Shown here: one piece after another, positions 28,739 through 37,867 of the stretch
Numbering within the stretch: position 1 is the stretch's first letter
Layout of the letters: every line of letters starts with the position of its first letter
Origin: a virus
IMG/VR virus record: IMGVR_UViG_3300010413_000022
Location: 5,703-69,702 of that record
DNA length: 64,000 bases
Strand: one strand, 5' to 3'
Notes under the pieces: model-generated
Seen by the model: the letters and a program-made list of their open reading frames with translations, nothing else
Database searches by the model: none
Told to the model about the DNA's origin: nothing
Program-made: the position numbers and the translations under genes

Positions 28739-28962
28739 TTAATCAAGGTATCCGATTATTTTTAAATCATCAACATTCTTAAGACCAACCACCTTATTGC
28801 CATTTATTTTCCGGGGTGTAAAATCATCATTTACCATCCTACAGAAAACCTTATTTACTTTTTCATATTCTTCTTTCTGTTCAGAGTAATAAGCAAATGC
28901 CTTGCGCTGGTTGCCTTCTTTATCTTTATATGAGCAATCATGCCTCTATTTGATTCTCTCAT
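28739..28962 (-). pseudogene. small gene with apparent 1-nt frameshift
   Basis: MRESNRGMI in one frame continues as CSYKDKEG...KIIGYLD* in another. Confidence 0.5.
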
Positions 28963-28963
28963 A

Positions 28964-29497
28964 TCAATTAGGTTTTTTTATTCCAACACCAGAACCGGGG
29001 AACAATCCATTCTTTTTGTAATATTCAGACATTTCTTCTGGATCAACATCAATGTTGGCGGCAAAGCATTCATTACAAATATTAATACCGGGTTGAACAT
29101 TAAAGTTCTCATCAGTAACATCAAACCTATTACCAAATGTATCACGCCCACACTGGTCACAATTGAAACCGTGCTTTTCAAAGCCTTCTCGCAACTGTGA
29201 AGCATTAAGCTGTATAAACCTGTATCTCTCACTCAACACATCATAGATTAATTGCTGTGCAAGCTTCAAAGTATCTTCTTGCGTGAATGTGTAATATTCA
29301 ATTATCTGGGGGTCATTAGCTTTGTTGCCTTCTTCAACTACTAGAAGGGCTTTCTCGCTTATAAATTCATATACCTTACTGGTAAACGTACCATCACTGT
29401 CAATGCAATGAATTCGCCTTTGATGTTCAACTATACCTTTTGAACTTAAGGTAACTGACACCCTTATTAAATCAGTCGTTTTTAATTCTAGTTTCAT
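28964..29497 (-). CDS. hypothetical protein with C-terminal zinc finger
   Basis: CDQC...CNEC. Confidence 0.7.
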   Translation of the reverse strand: MKLELKTTDLIRVSVTLSSKGIVEHQRRIHCIDSDGTFTSKVYEFISEKALLVVEEGNKANDPQIIEYYTFTQEDTLKLAQQLIYDVLSERYRFIQLNASQLREGFEKHGFNCDQCGRDTFGNRFDVTDENFNVQPGINICNECFAANIDVDPEEMSEYYKKNGLFPGSGVGIKKPN

Positions 29498-29763
29498 TTC
29501 TTCCTGTTTTTTATTTGTTCATCGAGGAGGGCAAAAGGTATATCAAAGAACCTCTTGCCGTACCAAGGGTTACCTTTCACATTTGAATAGCTTAATTCAA
29601 CGTTAACATAGTACTCGTAGTTTTCCTTAAGCCATTTTTCAAGCTCTGGTGAATACAGTACGTACAGGTCACTTGCCCAACTAGAAAAGTGTTCCTCAGT
29701 AAGTTCTGGGAACGCTTCTAGTATTCTGCCTTTAAGCACACAATCATTTGCCATATTAGTCAT
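29494..29763 (-). CDS. hypothetical protein
   Basis: ORF with SDLYV...DIPFA; coupled. Confidence 0.7.
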   Translation of the reverse strand: MTNMANDCVLKGRILEAFPELTEEHFSSWASDLYVLYSPELEKWLKENYEYYVNVELSYSNVKGNPWYGKRFFDIPFALLDEQIKNRKK

Positions 29764-30280
29764 TTAAAAGGTAACCGTAAATATTTTCAGTATCAGTTGT
29801 AAAATCAAAGCTAAACAGCTCATCAAATACATACATAAAGCTCCCGGACACAGTGTTTCCATCGCTCCAAATAGTACCTTTTATAAGGCCTTGGTTTTCA
29901 TTGTACAGTGTAATGTTAACATTATAGAAATGCACTGTTTCATTGATTGTAAGCTCAATATAATCCTTGGTTATCTCAACAGTATACATACCTGCAACCA
30001 TAGTGTCATTAATATAGTCAAACATTGTTGAGGTTGCAAAGAACTGTTCAAAGTCAGGTAGTGTTTCGTATTCTACCGGGGTAGTGTCATTCTCATTGAC
30101 TGGAACAATAATGGTTACCGTATCGGTATTTGTAACAATCAAAGTGTCGTGTACATATTGAACCTGTGTCTCAGGTTCAATAATCTCATCTTTTTCACAT
30201 GCTACTGTTATAAATAGCACGGTTAGAATCATAGCAAAATAAATCGATTTTTTCATCATTATTAATTTTTGGTTTAACAA
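29756..30280 (-). CDS. lipoprotein
   Basis: MKKSIYFAMILTVLFITVAC-EKDE signal peptide II. Confidence 0.75.
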   Translation of the reverse strand: MLNQKLIMMKKSIYFAMILTVLFITVACEKDEIIEPETQVQYVHDTLIVTNTDTVTIIVPVNENDTTPVEYETLPDFEQFFATSTMFDYINDTMVAGMYTVEITKDYIELTINETVHFYNVNITLYNENQGLIKGTIWSDGNTVSGSFMYVFDELFSFDFTTDTENIYGYLLND

Positions 30281-30717
30281 ACTATTATCTTATTGTCCTT
30301 GGCGTATTTCCTGCCTTGTGGAGTTTTCTTTATATACTTATCAGTAAACAGTACGCTATCATCGAAAATCTCAACTACTCTCATAGGGCAACTGGTCAAT
30401 GAGCTATGTATTTCAAGCTTCTGTATACAAAACATGCCATCAGCTATGTAATGCACCCAAATGTCATAGGGTCTACCATAGTTTTCACTTGGGTTTCTAT
30501 CAACGGTAAAAGCTCCTAAGAACTCATTACGTCTCCAAATAGCTGCACGTTGTTCCTTGCCTTGAAAGCCTTCCCAAAGGTCAGCATATTCATCAGATGT
30601 AAATACTTCATCCCAGCTATTAAACGTTTTTGATTTCTCAATGGTTTCAAACTGTTTTGCATCAAGGTGCAGGTGCTTTTCAAGCCTGTCTTTAAGTGTT
30701 TTTTCAGCGGTGTTCAT
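30274..30717 (-). CDS. hypothetical protein
   Basis: ORF track. Confidence 0.7.
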   Translation of the reverse strand: MNTAEKTLKDRLEKHLHLDAKQFETIEKSKTFNSWDEVFTSDEYADLWEGFQGKEQRAAIWRRNEFLGAFTVDRNPSENYGRPYDIWVHYIADGMFCIQKLEIHSSLTSCPMRVVEIFDDSVLFTDKYIKKTPQGRKYAKDNKIIVC

Positions 30718-30727
30718 ATTGGTTATT

Positions 30728-30994
30728 TTAAATGTGTACTATGTGTCTTATCTCTGGGTAACGGTCTATTGGAGTTTTCCTTTTGTAATTCTCAACAACA
30801 ACTACCATATTCATAGAGTTATCTCTAACATCGTAGAACCCGGTAATTACTTCCTCAATTTCAAGCTCTAAATCTTCCGGCTTAATTTCTTCGTAAAAAA
30901 CCTCTTTGTACATTTCAAGTAACCCGTCATTGTAAAGGGTCTCTAGTACATCGTAGTAGTACCAATCTTTTAACTCTTGTGTTATCTGTATCAT
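30728..30994 (-). CDS. hypothetical acidic protein
   Basis: First gene behind promoter at 31025-31085. Confidence 0.7.
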   Translation of the reverse strand: MIQITQELKDWYYYDVLETLYNDGLLEMYKEVFYEEIKPEDLELEIEEVITGFYDVRDNSMNMVVVVENYKRKTPIDRYPEIRHIVHI

Positions 30995-31024
30995 AGCGGT
31001 GTTTTTTTGTTGCTGCTTTAATAT

Positions 31025-31086
31025 ATTCTACGTTAAAGATATAAAAAAGTTTTGACTTCAGTCAACATTTTTCACCTCAGTCAACA
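31025..31086 (-). promoter_or_regulatory. promoter with tandem operators (TTGAC-TGAA-GTCAA at 31051-31066; TTGAC-TGAG-GTGAA at 31069-31085)
   Basis: Palindrome followed by TATCTTTAACGTAGAAT, shared with 34698-34740. Confidence 0.7.
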
Positions 31087-31113
31087 TTTTTCACTTTTTT
31101 TTATCTACAAAGC

Positions 31114-31145
31114 AAAAAAAAGGGCTGTCAGATTTGACAACCCCG
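31114..31145 (-). terminator. intrinsic terminator
   Basis: GGGTTGTCA-AATC-TGACAGCCC plus T-run. Confidence 0.8.
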
Positions 31146-31169
31146 GCGGTCTTTGGTTATGCGAGACAC

Positions 31170-31439
31170 TCACTCAAATGTTATTTCCCATTCGTAAAAA
31201 TCACAAGTTTTCCAAGTACCGTTATCTATCTTGTACCTTATGCAGTACTTGTCTTTTACCCGGTACAGAACATATCCAGTTGTCGAATAATCTGTGTCCG
31301 GAAGTATGGTTACTACCATGCCTTTATCAGTAAAGTCTTTTTTAGGTTTCAGATCGTAGTATTCACATTTAATAAATACTATTGCAGCAATGGCAAAAAC
31401 AGCCAGAGCAATGTAGAAGTCTAGTTTAGTGATGTTCAT
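31170..31439 (-). CDS. hypothetical membrane-anchored protein
   Basis: N-terminal TM segment. Confidence 0.6.
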   Translation of the reverse strand: MNITKLDFYIALAVFAIAAIVFIKCEYYDLKPKKDFTDKGMVVTILPDTDYSTTGYVLYRVKDKYCIRYKIDNGTWKTCDFYEWEITFE

Positions 31440-31684
31440 TATTGAAAATGGTTTTTAATAGTTTGTATTTCTTTTTTGTCAACATATACACATTCTGTAG
31501 GCTGGTAAGGTTGTCCGTAGAGGTCTGTTCTACCTCTCATCCTTCTACTCAATACCTGCACTTGGCGATATTTGATTTTTTTCTTCTTGCAGAATTTAAT
31601 CAACTGCTTATTGTCCACTCCAAAAACACATCGGTATTCAGTGGCTCTTATCCGTAAACTGTCTGGTAAACTACTTAGTAACAT
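31439..31684 (-). CDS. hypothetical protein
   Basis: Coupled ORF. Confidence 0.65.
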   Translation of the reverse strand: MLLSSLPDSLRIRATEYRCVFGVDNKQLIKFCKKKKIKYRQVQVLSRRMRGRTDLYGQPYQPTECVYVDKKEIQTIKNHFQ

Positions 31685-31923
31685 TATTTTGATAATTCAG
31701 TTAGTTTTTGCTCATCAGTTAAGTGACCAAGCTTAGTCACATATTTGGCTTTTGTTCTCCAAAAATAACCACATTTTTTACAATAGATACAACTGTAGTC
31801 ACTTCTTTGATACCAACCACCATTGAACAGGCTATAGTTACATTTATAATCCCATACAAACCATTCACGTTCATTGATTGGCTTTTGGTTCTCTGGGCAT
31901 TTACATACAGGCCCACCGCTCAT
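31684..31923 (-). CDS. small Cys-rich protein
   Basis: CKC, CNYS.FNG, SDYS.I.C..CG..WRT. Confidence 0.7.
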   Translation of the reverse strand: MSGGPVCKCPENQKPINEREWFVWDYKCNYSLFNGGWYQRSDYSCIYCKKCGYFWRTKAKYVTKLGHLTDEQKLTELSK

Positions 31924-32056
31924 AGTTTAAACATGTTTTTAAGGTTATAATTCTCTTTAGGCTCATGCTCATTGCATGTTTTTAAGGTGGTGGCATATCC
32001 TTTGTGATATACAATAAACTCATGCTTTGCAGGTTTTCCACAATGGCATTTCACTC

Positions 32057-32293
32057 TCATACTACTAAGGTTATTTTATCAGGGTTTATGGGTGTACCCA
32101 TAGGCTCACAACCAAAGTGGTCACCAAAGTACTGTATCATGGTTTCGTCAATCTTTTCAAGTACCTTTTCGCCGGGTGTACCCCAATCAAAAAGTATATC
32201 AACGTTCCCAAACCTGTTATTGTTTTCGTCCTTAAAAACTGGTCTATTCCAATCATCAATTCCCTCAAATTTTAGTACTCTTTTTTCGCTCAT
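32057..32293 (-). CDS. hypothetical protein
   Basis: GIDDWNRPVFKD...EP.G motif seen in small phage proteins. Confidence 0.7.
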   Translation of the reverse strand: MSEKRVLKFEGIDDWNRPVFKDENNNRFGNVDILFDWGTPGEKVLEKIDETMIQYFGDHFGCEPMGTPINPDKITLVV

Positions 32294-32328
32294 AACTTTG
32301 TAATTCAGGTAAATTATTAAACAGCATT

Positions 32329-32514
32329 TTAATTCAATAAATTATTAATATATTCGCATAAAACCCGATCGTCTATATGTATTAATTCTATAGGCAACCA
32401 TCGTGTAAACCCGTCCCTTATTTCTTTTAATAGAAATGTATTTCCAGATCTAAACAATTCATCTATCATCATAATCCTTTCATCTATGTCTACATTTTGA
32501 AATTTTTTGTCCAT
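32329..32514 (-). CDS. hypothetical protein
   Basis: ORF track. Confidence 0.55.
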   Translation of the reverse strand: MDKKFQNVDIDERIMMIDELFRSGNTFLLKEIRDGFTRWLPIELIHIDDRVLCEYINNLLN

Positions 32515-32778
32515 ATGTGAGATTTTTAAAAAAAATTGTTAATCATTAATTTCCTCAGAACCTATTATAAGCAATGAGAAAATTATAAAACAACCTGTAC
32601 ATAATATAAGATATATAGCACTATCCAATTTTCAATATTTTACTGAATCCTTTGCAGCTAAAGAAATTATTATTTCCTTTGAATATATGCGTATTTTTAT
32701 ACTTACAATACCTAATGAGTAATTTTTTTCGTTCATGGATAAGATGGTTGTATTCTTTACAATTATCATTTATGCTCA

Positions 32779-33045
32779 TTATACCATATACTTAGTGAGT
32801 TCTTCAAAATCCTTTATCGCCTCATATTTCATGTAATATCCATCGTGTTTATAATTTGGCGAATCAAAAGAAGCAGTGCCATTATCTTTTATGGAAGATA
32901 GTACAATGTTCACATTTTCATGTAACATTGTCGCTGACCCTGCATTCAATATTACTTCACCCCTATCTTCATTGCCTGGCACAATAGAGAACCTGTTTTC
33001 TGTTTTGTCCCTGCTCTGTTCTAAAACAATTTTTACAGTTTTCAT
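32779..33045 (-). CDS. hypothetical protein
   Basis: ORF track. Confidence 0.6.
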   Translation of the reverse strand: MKTVKIVLEQSRDKTENRFSIVPGNEDRGEVILNAGSATMLHENVNIVLSSIKDNGTASFDSPNYKHDGYYMKYEAIKDFEELTKYMV

Positions 33046-33126
33046 GATTTTTTTTTATTGGTTAATATGCCTATTTGATCAATAGGCATTTCGGGTAATA
33101 AACCTTCATCAGTTAACCTCATTTTA

Positions 33127-33522
33127 TTAGTAAGGTGTGCATAAATTAAATTCATCTTTAAGCATTAATTTTGTGCCAATTGGCAATAATAAACTGTCAG
33201 TTTTTATGCGTATAGTATCAAAACCACATGTGTTTGTTGTGATGTAATGAATATTCTTCCTCGAAGAATCAATATTTACTACAACACGATCGGACCTGTT
33301 CTCACAAAAATTTATAACTGGTATTTGTTCAAATGAATATAAAGTATCACCTACTTGTAAATCAAAATTCCGGATCCTGATAGTTTTGTATTTGCCCGAT
33401 GCAACACAAAAAAACTTATGGGTTTCAATTACTGTATATATCTCCCGTTTATATAAATAGGGTGTATATACCGAACATGAGCATAATATAAAAAATACTA
33501 TTAATAATTTAATTTTTAGCAT
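33127..33522 (-). CDS. putative lipoprotein
   Basis: LLIVFFILCSC lipobox-like leader. Confidence 0.55.
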   Translation of the reverse strand: MLKIKLLIVFFILCSCSVYTPYLYKREIYTVIETHKFFCVASGKYKTIRIRNFDLQVGDTLYSFEQIPVINFCENRSDRVVVNIDSSRKNIHYITTNTCGFDTIRIKTDSLLLPIGTKLMLKDEFNLCTPY

Positions 33523-33726
33523 TTCAATTTAGCTTTGTTGGTACACTGATTTCAACTTCAATTCCAGCTTCCTTTGCTTTCCTTATTAATTTTTTAAGGT
33601 GCCTGATTTTTTCCTCATCTGATTTTTTTGTTGCTTTCATAATGTTCAATATTTATTTTTTTTCTACTGCCAAAACCCCGGCTCGTTTCCAAGTCCGAGG
33701 CGGTTCCGCTAAGAATTAGCGTAAAC

Positions 33727-34146
33727 TTAGCTGATTTTGGTTAAATATTTTTTCGATAAGACATGCAAAATGTTTAAATCTTCCATGTACCAATTGTTCA
33801 CTGGTTCGTCCGGGGCAATCAATACCCATCCTTTACCGTTTAAAGTGGGCCGGTGAAATTGTCTCCAATCAATTCCTGTACAGTTAAACCGTGAAGATAT
33901 AATAGACATATCAAATTGAGCCCTTTTCACTTCTGCTAAAAACCGTTTTTTATCTTCAAAAGTTATTACTTGTGCAGAAAAATTTTTCACACGTTGCCTA
34001 TTAATGCGTGTTATACGTGCATTAAGTATCTTATATTCCCCGAACCCTATTTTTTTGGCTTCTTTAAAAGCTCTCTTACGTTTGTCTACCTTCATGGGGG
34101 AAAAGTAAGGGTAATCATTAATTGCTTGTTCAATTATTTCTTTCAT
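33727..34146 (-). CDS. hypothetical protein
   Basis: ORF track. Confidence 0.65.
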   Translation of the reverse strand: MKEIIEQAINDYPYFSPMKVDKRKRAFKEAKKIGFGEYKILNARITRINRQRVKNFSAQVITFEDKKRFLAEVKRAQFDMSIISSRFNCTGIDWRQFHRPTLNGKGWVLIAPDEPVNNWYMEDLNILHVLSKKYLTKIS

Positions 34147-34451
34147 GATCTTTTGTTTAAAAAACTATTTGCTTTAGCTAATAACATTTCAGTTTTTGCT
34201 ATTTCATAATTTATAGAAATTATGCATTTAATCATCATAATACCTTTATCTAAATCTACCGATGTAAACATTTTTCATAAATATAATTGTTAATAATCTC
34301 CAATATTTTTGAGTTTGTGCTATTTTCAAATCCAGGTAGTCCTTTGTCTTGTTCAAATGATTCCTTCTGCCTATAAAGCTCATCAATGCTCATATTAGGT
34401 ATCATTTCTTTATAAAGTTCAATATAGTGTTGCATAGTTTAATTGTTTAAA

Positions 34452-34670
34452 TTAAAATAACTCAAGATTTCCAGTTCCCTGCATTATAGCACGGCCAGTT
34501 TGATTATATAATTTTTCTAATAAATCAAATTTTTTACATTCAGCTTTTACTTTTATCCTTTCAGTTTTAATCTGTTTAATAATGGAATTAGCTTCACTAA
34601 ATATAGCCATAGAGCGTTCATAGCTTTCTTTCAATAATTCTTCGGATCTCTTTATTGTTGTTGCTTTCAT
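34452..34670 (-). CDS. hypothetical protein ending LELF
   Basis: First gene behind promoter at 34698-34770. Confidence 0.65.
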   Translation of the reverse strand: MKATTIKRSEELLKESYERSMAIFSEANSIIKQIKTERIKVKAECKKFDLLEKLYNQTGRAIMQGTGNLELF

Positions 34671-34697
34671 AATATGGTGTTTTTATTATTAATATTT

Positions 34698-34769
34698 TAT
34701 TCTACGTTAAAAATACAAAAAATGTTTGACAATTGTCAAAAAAAACATTTTTTTTTATAATGGTCAAAA
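34698..34769 (-). promoter_or_regulatory. promoter with perfect operator palindrome TTTGACAATTGTCAAA (34725-34740) and a second site (34753-34769)
   Basis: Palindrome followed by TATTTTTAACGTAGAAT. Confidence 0.75.
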
Positions 34770-34777
34770 CATTTGAT

Positions 34778-34806
34778 AAAAAAATACCCGGCTATTAACC
34801 GGGTAC
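34778..34806 (-). terminator. intrinsic terminator
   Basis: TACCCGG-TTAATAG-CCGGGTA plus T-run. Confidence 0.8.
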
Positions 34807-34848
34807 ACCTAAAATCTAACAACCTAACCTAATTCAACATCCTATCGC

Positions 34849-35232
34849 TTAAAAATATTTGAATATTACTATAACCTTTGTTGATAGTAGCATTATATTA
34901 GTGAATAATATGTGTCTACCTTTATCGTATAAGGCATCGAACGTATTAGTGTGGTTCATATAATTAACGGCTTCAACACTCATAGAGGCACTTAATTCAT
35001 TACTTCCTTCTTGAATAAAGTTAGCCGTACTATAATCACCGGGGGATATTTCAACCTCCACGTTGGTTAATACGTTTATATTATCCTGAGCTGTAAATTC
35101 AAAATCGTGCTGAATGTCCTGAGACAACTCAACATCAACAGAATTTTTTACTTTGGTAACCTCTCCGGGAGGTCTCGCTGCCAGTATTACCGTGAACATG
35201 GCAGCCATAATAAACACTAGAAATTTTTTCAT
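34849..35232 (-). CDS. secreted hypothetical protein
   Basis: MKKFLVFIMAAMFTVILA signal peptide; flanked by terminators. Confidence 0.6.
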   Translation of the reverse strand: MKKFLVFIMAAMFTVILAARPPGEVTKVKNSVDVELSQDIQHDFEFTAQDNINVLTNVEVEISPGDYSTANFIQEGSNELSASMSVEAVNYMNHTNTFDALYDKGRHILFTNIMLLSTKVIVIFKYF

Positions 35233-35287
35233 TTTTTTTCCTTTCTTTTTGTGTTATTTAAAATTATAACTGTACTGCAATATAAAT

Positions 35288-35315
35288 AAAAAACCCGGTC
35301 AAGTCAACCGGGTTA
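35288..35315 (-). terminator. intrinsic terminator after terminase operon
   Basis: AACCCGG-TTGACTTGA-CCGGGTT plus T-run. Confidence 0.8.
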
Positions 35316-35364
35316 AACAAATCAATAGTATTAGTTAGTAGTTTTGTGGAACGCTAATATACAA

Positions 35365-35616
35365 TTATTCTTTGACAGGAAAATGCCATTCTCCTTTATT
35401 TTCTCCCTTCATAGCAGATGTTTTCCACAATGTACCTTCACCGTCAAGTAACACTTTTAGGTTTACACATTCATCTCCCCAGACAGCGACAATAACTGCT
35501 GGTAATTCTTCTTGTTTGTTAGCGATGTTGTTAGGGTTCTCCATGTAAGCCAAATCCTCATCATTAGCTTTGTAAATTACGGTTCTACCGATTGCAACTT
35601 TTTCCATAAGATTCAC
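35365..35616 (-). CDS. conserved-type small phage protein
   Basis: IGRTVIY...PAVIVAVW..VNLKV.LDG...W.TS...WHFP. Confidence 0.75.
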   Translation of the reverse strand: MNLMEKVAIGRTVIYKANDEDLAYMENPNNIANKQEELPAVIVAVWGDECVNLKVLLDGEGTLWKTSAMKGENKGEWHFPVKE

Positions 35617-35634
35617 TTTTAAGTTAATTATTAT

Positions 35635-37287
35635 TTATCCCAAAGGTAAGAAAATTCCACCTTGGTAGTAATCATGTCTCATCCAGTTCCAATAAACAAA
35701 AGCATCTGCAACGTTTGGAGATTTACCTCCTAATCTTTTCTTAATTTCCTCCTTATCCTCGACCTGTATACCCCTTGGAGTAACTTTGTATTTAATTGTG
35801 GTGAGCTCTTTTATGAGCTGCCTTAAATCCTTGTCTGAAATGTCTAATATAACGTTGCCTTTTTGCAGGTCAACAGAAGCTTTAAAGTACATCTGTGAAC
35901 GCAACCCGGTAAATGAATATAGTGGCTTTCCTTCTCTGTCCTGTGGTATTGCAGCATCAACCTGACCACCTTGCAGGGCAATACAGTCAATACCCTCGTT
36001 ATTGAACGTGTTAAACGTGCTTACACCTACACCTACAGCATCCACACCAACATTCCAGTCATTTACGTCAAGGTCATTGAGTTTAGGTAACCCATACACA
36101 TTATATTTCTTGGTCATTAACTTATAATCATCCCAGAGCATGTTGTAAGCTAAATGTGAAGCATCCGGACACTGAAACTCATTTATGTAATTGCATATAT
36201 TACCCTCCCCGGTGACAACGCAAGCTTTATCACCATCAACTGAGTTGGCAACATCAATTCCAACGGCGTTGAAACTGGTAGTATCTTGTAGCTGCTTAAC
36301 CCTCAGATAAGCCTCTTTTTTGAATTTAGTATGACCGTAGGTACAATTATCAATCCAATCCTTTTTAACCAAGCTGTCCACTGATTCAGTTGGAGAAATA
36401 CCTCTGGCACGAGATTTAAAGAAGTGGCTTTCTTCGCCGTATTCTTCCTTACGTATATCAAGCGAGGCTTGTGTTACTGCACCGGGTATTATTGTTTTCT
36501 TACATACTACATTTGGGTGGTCATAACCCGATATTATTATGTGTTCAACGTTCTTTTTCTCACAGAACAGGTGTAGTGCATCAGTTTGACTATCTGGGTT
36601 TCCTATAGCAATTACTTGGTTAACCGTAGGGTCAACACAGGTGTTTTCAATAGCCTTAAGAACCGCCGGGTGAAGCCCTGCACATTCTTCCAGCACAAAG
36701 AGCATGTGTTTTCGGTGAAAACCCTGCATCTTAGTAGCTGATTCTTCACCTGCACCAACGCTGGAAACAAAACCTATTGCTTCATGACCAAGGTCACCCT
36801 CTACACCGCTATCCATACTCTTACCAATGGTGTTTGCTTTAAATCGTTTATCAACGGTTACATTTAATGTTTTCATTTCAGCAAACGTTCTGATACGCTT
36901 AAAATTCTTAAAGGCATCACCAACTTCTTTCCATAGTACTTCTTTTAATTGGTCTCTTTTGGGTGCAGTGGTTACAACAAGAGAGTTAGGGTATACGTCC
37001 AAGAACCAATATATAACACGAGGAAGTATATAAGTCTTGCCTGTACCTGTAGCTGATTCAATACCTACCCATTTGCCGTTACTTAATGCAGTCATAGCTT
37101 TCATAAATGGGTCAGGCGTACCGTCCCAATGATGGTTTTCATACTCTGGGTACTCAGACCATTTATATGAGGTCAAAGGTTCTTTAAACCGCTCAGTAGC
37201 CCACGAAATAGGGTCAAGCTTATAAAGCTCTCTTTGCATTCGTATGAGTGCAGCCTTAGCAATTCTATGTTCCTTTGATTTAAACAT
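35635..37287 (-). CDS. terL: terminase large subunit
   Basis: Walker A SATGTGKT, Walker B VLEEC, IGNP, nuclease GIDVA, IKKRLGGKSPNVADA. Confidence 0.92.
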   Translation of the reverse strand: MFKSKEHRIAKAALIRMQRELYKLDPISWATERFKEPLTSYKWSEYPEYENHHWDGTPDPFMKAMTALSNGKWVGIESATGTGKTYILPRVIYWFLDVYPNSLVVTTAPKRDQLKEVLWKEVGDAFKNFKRIRTFAEMKTLNVTVDKRFKANTIGKSMDSGVEGDLGHEAIGFVSSVGAGEESATKMQGFHRKHMLFVLEECAGLHPAVLKAIENTCVDPTVNQVIAIGNPDSQTDALHLFCEKKNVEHIIISGYDHPNVVCKKTIIPGAVTQASLDIRKEEYGEESHFFKSRARGISPTESVDSLVKKDWIDNCTYGHTKFKKEAYLRVKQLQDTTSFNAVGIDVANSVDGDKACVVTGEGNICNYINEFQCPDASHLAYNMLWDDYKLMTKKYNVYGLPKLNDLDVNDWNVGVDAVGVGVSTFNTFNNEGIDCIALQGGQVDAAIPQDREGKPLYSFTGLRSQMYFKASVDLQKGNVILDISDKDLRQLIKELTTIKYKVTPRGIQVEDKEEIKKRLGGKSPNVADAFVYWNWMRHDYYQGGIFLPLG

Positions 37288-37556
37288 TAGCTTTTAGGTT
37301 TACAGCGTTCCATAGCTGCCTTATCATCATGTTCAGGTATTTGAAACCAATAATCATTTCCAGTTTCACCCATTAGTATTCTTCGGGTTTTCACCAATTG
37401 TCTTAGACCAGGTCGTGTATTGTCCGCTCCATACTTCTTAAAAATCTCGTACCGGGTAACATGGAAAGGGTACTGGCAAGCTTTAATTTTGTTCTCTCGT
37501 TCAACCTTTATTAGTTCAAGAACTTCATCTGCAGAATACTCTTTTATCTCAGCCAT
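37287..37556 (-). CDS. hypothetical protein (possible winged helix)
   Basis: Coupled ORF. Confidence 0.6.
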   Translation of the reverse strand: MAEIKEYSADEVLELIKVERENKIKACQYPFHVTRYEIFKKYGADNTRPGLRQLVKTRRILMGETGNDYWFQIPEHDDKAAMERCKPKS

Positions 37557-37867
37557 ATTTGAATAAGTTTAACAATTGCACTTATGGAAAGTAATATAAT
37601 AGCAAATATACCAAGTGATACAAGGTTCAAAAGGTTTTGATTGTAATACCAAGGTTTCCGGCTTGGAACTAAAGCATACCTATCTGACCAGTGCAATACA
37701 GTAAATGTGTAATACTTTTTATTGCTGTATTCAAGCTTTCTCAAACCAAGTATTTTGTATTCTCCAATATACTCAGATATTGAGTAGTTAAAATCCTTAC
37801 GGGTAGAAAACTGCCTAATGGTTTTACCGGTTCTCCAACTGACTAATCTGTAATTGACTTTCATCAT
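37544..37867 (-). CDS. hypothetical protein with C-terminal TM
   Basis: Coupled ORF. Confidence 0.6.
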   Translation of the reverse strand: MMKVNYRLVSWRTGKTIRQFSTRKDFNYSISEYIGEYKILGLRKLEYSNKKYYTFTVLHWSDRYALVPSRKPWYYNQNLLNLVSLGIFAIILLSISAIVKLIQIWLR

